Positions 52,984 through 56,319 of a DNA stretch of 56,319 nucleotides are shown here, piece by piece (the stretch's first letter is position 1; each line of letters starts with the position of its first letter). Source of the stretch: Actinomycetota bacterium (GTDB lineage Bacteria > Actinomycetota > Acidimicrobiia > Acidimicrobiales > Ilumatobacteraceae); NCBI GenBank assembly GCA_009923855.1, contig RFST01000001.1, forward strand, positions 1-56,319, written 5' to 3'. The notes under the pieces were generated by a model. That model saw nothing but the letters and a program-made list of their open reading frames with translations, was not told the DNA's origin and made no database searches. The translations under genes and the position numbers were made by a program.

Positions 52984-53799
52984 GTGAAGTCGGTTCGGAA
53001 CGCGGTCGTGGCGTTGGTGGCATTGTCGGCGTGCGCGTCGAGTGTCGATGCGGTGCCGGCAACCGTGGCAGGTGTCGGTGAAATTCCCGGCGTGATCGGC
53101 ACCGTCGCGGTGCCGGTTGAGGCAACAGCGTCAACGACCAGCCTGCCAGCCGGTCCGGTGCCGGTCCGCCCTGCGGACCTTGGAGAACCGACTGTGGCTG
53201 AGGTGGCCGCGGGTAACCGCGTGATGCTCATCGGCGATTCGATCACGGCCGCGACGGCGCCTAGGTTCGGCGGGAGCATGTGCGACAAGCTCACCGACGT
53301 CGGGTGGTATGTCGAGATCAACGCAGAACCGGGCCGTTTTGTGTCCTTCGCTGATGTCGTTCTCGACCGACGCCTCGATCCCGGTGGTGACACGGCCTGG
53401 GATGCGGCAGTGATCTTCTTAGGATCGAATCATGACGGTGATCTTGCGCGGTTCACCAGTCGCTATGTCGATGCGCTCGATCGATTGGCTCCGCGCCCGG
53501 TTGTGGTGCTGACCGTGACCGAGATCGCCGCGAACCGGTCTGACCTCAACGAAGTGATTCGAGCCGAAGTGGCAGCCCGCGACAATGTGCAACTGATCGA
53601 TTGGGCCGTGATCACAGCGGGTGAACCAGGGCTATTGGCCCGTGATGGCCTGCATCTGTCGTCCGCTGGTGGGAACCGGTTGGTCACTGAAGTTGCGCTG
53701 GCGCTTGGACCAGCGGTGGTGCAGGTCGTGGACGCAGAGTGTGCCCCGACGCAGTTCACCGATGACGAGGTCGGCTCGGGTTCCGACGACGACCTCTAG
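52984..53799 (+). CDS. SGNH/GDSL-family hydrolase, probable lipoprotein
   Basis: Signal peptide with lipobox VVALVALSAC, block I MLIGDSIT, and block V DGLHLS. I prefer the GTG at 52984 over the TTG at 52960. Confidence 0.75.
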   Translation: MKSVRNAVVALVALSACASSVDAVPATVAGVGEIPGVIGTVAVPVEATASTTSLPAGPVPVRPADLGEPTVAEVAAGNRVMLIGDSITAATAPRFGGSMCDKLTDVGWYVEINAEPGRFVSFADVVLDRRLDPGGDTAWDAAVIFLGSNHDGDLARFTSRYVDALDRLAPRPVVVLTVTEIAANRSDLNEVIRAEVAARDNVQLIDWAVITAGEPGLLARDGLHLSSAGGNRLVTEVALALGPAVVQVVDAECAPTQFTDDEVGSGSDDDL

Positions 53800-53808
53800 C
53801 CTGCGAGC

Positions 53809-55416
53809 ATGCTGCGCGCCCAGGGTCTGTGTGTTGAGATCGGCGGCCGCACTGTTGTGCGCGACGCCACCTTCACCGTCGCTGCGCGCGACAAGGTAGG
53901 TGTTGTTGGCCGTAACGGCGCCGGCAAGACAACCCTGATGAAGGTGCTCGGTGGCGAGTTGGAGCCGCGTGGCGGTGCCGTGCGCACAACGGGGGCGTAC
54001 GGATATCTCCCGCAGGATCCGCGCATTCCCGGTGTTTTTGATGCGCGCCCCGCAATCTCGCACATCCTCACTGGGCGCGGCATTGATGCCGAACGAGAAC
54101 GAATCGAGAAGCTCAGGGTGGCGATGGAGAGCGACCCATCTGAGCGGAACATCACGAGATACACCCAGGCCGAGGAGTCGTTCAGGGTGTCGGGTGGTTA
54201 CGCGGCGGAATCAGAGGCGCGATCGATAGCTGCCGGACTGGGCCTTGATGACCAGAGGCTCGCACTGGCTATTGGTTCCATGTCGGGTGGTGAGCGTCGA
54301 CGGGTGGAACTCGCGAGGATTCTCTTCGCCGGCAGTGATGTGCTGTGCCTCGATGAACCAACAAACCATCTCGATGTCGACGCGCGAGATTGGTTGCTGC
54401 AGTTCCTTCGGCAGTATCGGGGTGCGCTCATCGTGATCAGCCATGACCTCGAGTTGCTCGATGAGGCGATTACTCGGGTTTTGCACCTCGATCGTCCCGA
54501 CGAAGATGACGAGGGCTCTGTGGTGGAGTACCGCGGTACGTACAGCCAGTATCAGCGAGCGCGCGCCGCTGATGAGGAACGCGCGGTGAAGGAGGCACGG
54601 ACACGCCAACGTGAAATCGATCGATTGCAGCGAGTCGTTGACCGTTTCGGGGCGAAAGCAACCAAGGCGGCCATGGCTCACAACGTTGAACGTCGTATCG
54701 CGCGTCTGGAGTCGGCCCAGTCGGATCGCTCGGCACGCAACGACCGGGCATTGCAACTACGCCTACCCGACCCGCCACCGTCGGGTCGCACCGTCGTCGA
54801 GGTGTCGTCGTTGTGCATGGCCTACGACACCCATCACGTGTTCGACGATGTCGCGTTCAGCGTTGGCCGCAGCGAACGACTGCTGGTGCTGGGCCTGAAC
54901 GGTGCAGGCAAGACCACTCTGCTGCGGGTGTTGGCCGGTGAACTGTCGGCCGTGCTGGGTGATGTGCGTTTCGGGCATCAAGTAGAAGTCGGGTATTTCG
55001 CTCAAGAGCACGACAATTTGGTTCCCGACGCATCGGTGCTTGATAACCAGCGCACCGCCACCGGTGCCGACGATGGCACCTGCCGGTCTGTGCTGGGAAT
55101 GTTTGGACTGCGTGGCGACAAGGTGCATCAGCCAGCGGGTTCGCTCTCGGGCGGGGAGCGCACCAAGTTGTCACTGGCGATGCTTGCCGGCGGACGTCAC
55201 AACCTGTTGCTGCTCGATGAGCCGACGAACAACCTCGACCCGTCATCGCGCGAGGCGGTTGCCGACGTGCTGCGGGATTGGGCGGGGACAATGATCCTGG
55301 TAAGCCACGACACCTGGTTCGTGGAGCAGCTTGAACCAACCCACGTTCTGGTGCTGCCCGAGGGCGACGTCGACCATTGGGGGCGTGATTGGTTGGGTGT
55401 CGTGGGGCTGTCGTAG
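53809..55416 (+). CDS. ABC-F family ATPase (two ABC domains, no TM domain)
   Basis: Two Walker A motifs (GRNGAGKTT, GLNGAGKTT), two LSGGE signatures, and an Arg/Glu-rich inter-domain linker. 535 aa. Confidence 0.9.
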   Translation: MLRAQGLCVEIGGRTVVRDATFTVAARDKVGVVGRNGAGKTTLMKVLGGELEPRGGAVRTTGAYGYLPQDPRIPGVFDARPAISHILTGRGIDAERERIEKLRVAMESDPSERNITRYTQAEESFRVSGGYAAESEARSIAAGLGLDDQRLALAIGSMSGGERRRVELARILFAGSDVLCLDEPTNHLDVDARDWLLQFLRQYRGALIVISHDLELLDEAITRVLHLDRPDEDDEGSVVEYRGTYSQYQRARAADEERAVKEARTRQREIDRLQRVVDRFGAKATKAAMAHNVERRIARLESAQSDRSARNDRALQLRLPDPPPSGRTVVEVSSLCMAYDTHHVFDDVAFSVGRSERLLVLGLNGAGKTTLLRVLAGELSAVLGDVRFGHQVEVGYFAQEHDNLVPDASVLDNQRTATGADDGTCRSVLGMFGLRGDKVHQPAGSLSGGERTKLSLAMLAGGRHNLLLLDEPTNNLDPSSREAVADVLRDWAGTMILVSHDTWFVEQLEPTHVLVLPEGDVDHWGRDWLGVVGLS

Positions 55417-55456
55417 CCCCCGTCACCAGCGCTATGCGTCGTATATCGCCGGGTGG

Positions 55457-56319
55457 TCAGCTCAGGCGCACCTGGCTCGGGCGGGCAGCCGCCTCGGCGC
55501 GTACCTGTTGGAAGAAGTCATTGCCCTTGTCGTCGACGACGATGAAGGCAGGGAAGTCTTTCACTTCAATGCGCCAGACGGCCTCCATCCCGAGTTCGGG
55601 ATATTCGAGTACCTCGACCGAGGTGATGTTGTCCTGAGCAAGTCGTGCGGCGGGGCCACCGATCGAGCCGAGGTAGAAACCTCCATGGTCACGACATGAG
55701 TCGGTGACCTGCTGCGAACGGTTTCCTTTGGCGAGCATGATCATTGACCCACCTGCAGCCTGGAAGCGCTCGACGTAAGAGTCCATACGACCTGCAGTTG
55801 TCGGGCCGAACGATCCTGATGCCATGCCGTCGGGTGTCTTCGCCGGACCCGCGTAGTACACGCAGTGATCTTTCATGTACTGGGGCATCTCCTCGCCGGC
55901 ATCTAGCCGTTCGGCGATCTTGGCGTGGGCGATATCTCGAGCCACCACCATTGGCCCGCTCAGCATCACTCGGGTGCGCACCGGATGTTGCGACAGCTCG
56001 GCGCGGATCTCGTCCATTGGGCGGGCCAGGTCGATGCGGACCACGGGGGTGTCCGCAAGATCGGTATCGGATGTGTCGGGCAGGAATCGTGCCGGGTCGT
56101 GTTCGAGCTGCTCCAAGAAAATGCCGTCAGCAGTGATCTTGCCCAGAGCTTGGCGGTCTGCCGAGCATGACACCGCCATCGCGACTGGGCATGACGCACC
56201 ATGGCGGGGAAGGCGGATCACGCGGACGTCGTGACAGAAATACTTGCCACCGAACTGGGCGCCGATACCGGTCGCACGGCTCAATTCCAGCAGTCGGTCT
56301 TCCAGATCGAGGTCACGGA
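55457..56319 (-). CDS. Class I (Fe-S) fumarate hydratase, 5' end outside window
   Basis: My own translation continues upstream of the track's TTG: [56 protein letters not shown]. This closely matches my recollection of E. coli FumA ([27 protein letters not shown]). The C-terminal beta-domain is complete. Confidence 0.9.
   Translation of the reverse strand, partial: RDLDLEDRLLELSRATGIGAQFGGKYFCHDVRVIRLPRHGASCPVAMAVSCSADRQALGKITADGIFLEQLEHDPARFLPDTSDTDLADTPVVRIDLARPMDEIRAELSQHPVRTRVMLSGPMVVARDIAHAKIAERLDAGEEMPQYMKDHCVYYAGPAKTPDGMASGSFGPTTAGRMDSYVERFQAAGGSMIMLAKGNRSQQVTDSCRDHGGFYLGSIGGPAARLAQDNITSVEVLEYPELGMEAVWRIEVKDFPAFIVVDDKGNDFFQQVRAEAAARPSQVRLS

Noticed and set aside
52187-53393. Minus-strand ORFs 52187-53134 (315 aa) and 52845-53393 (182 aa)
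   Set aside because: They are extremely Arg/His/Pro/Ser-rich, antisense or out of frame to the FAD-oxidoreductase and SGNH hydrolase genes, and have no motifs.
1-56319. Scan for CRISPR arrays, IS elements/transposases, integrases, toxin-antitoxin pairs and known defence systems
   Set aside because: I found no direct-repeat arrays, and no DDE/serine/tyrosine recombinase-like ORFs. No gap is larger than 218 bp, and all sizeable ORFs are accounted for by housekeeping or metabolic families.

Overview
High-GC (about 65%), very gene-dense window: about 96% coding by my own gene calls, with many ATGA/GTGA/TGATG start-stop overlaps. It looks like core chromosome of an Actinomycetota member. Three lines of inference support this. 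(1) The block tig-clpP-clpX-folC-ndk-mreBCD-pbp2-rodA-rne-rplU-rpmA-obg-proB is arranged as I recall it in Streptomyces. (2) There are several F420-type enzymes (LLM, PPOX, nitroreductase). (3) The xanthorhodopsin-like rhodopsin suggests a planktonic Acidimicrobiia-like lineage. I support about 57 CDS, 2 tRNAs (Gly-UCC, Pro-UGG), 2 strong hairpin terminators and 1 frameshifted gene. I found no CRISPR array, transposase, integrase or recognisable defence or toxin-antitoxin system, and no clearly unprecedented multi-gene system. The most noteworthy items are: (a) a stand-alone DTE proton-pump rhodopsin with its own terminator and no retinal or carotenoid genes nearby; (b) an ArsR + SAM-methylase-like (SahR-type) regulator translationally coupled to metF-metH, with a 16-bp palindrome in an AT-rich divergent promoter; (c) a two-subunit B12 acyl-CoA mutase with the isobutyryl-CoA-mutase Phe/Gln signature, whose large subunit is broken by a frameshift; (d) a translationally coupled DUF2786 + minimal SprT-like HExxH metalloprotease pair inside a 2.7-kb segment bracketed by two tRNA genes; (e) a possible small membrane ORF in the rne leader. 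All functional calls come from reading motifs by eye; no database searches were run.
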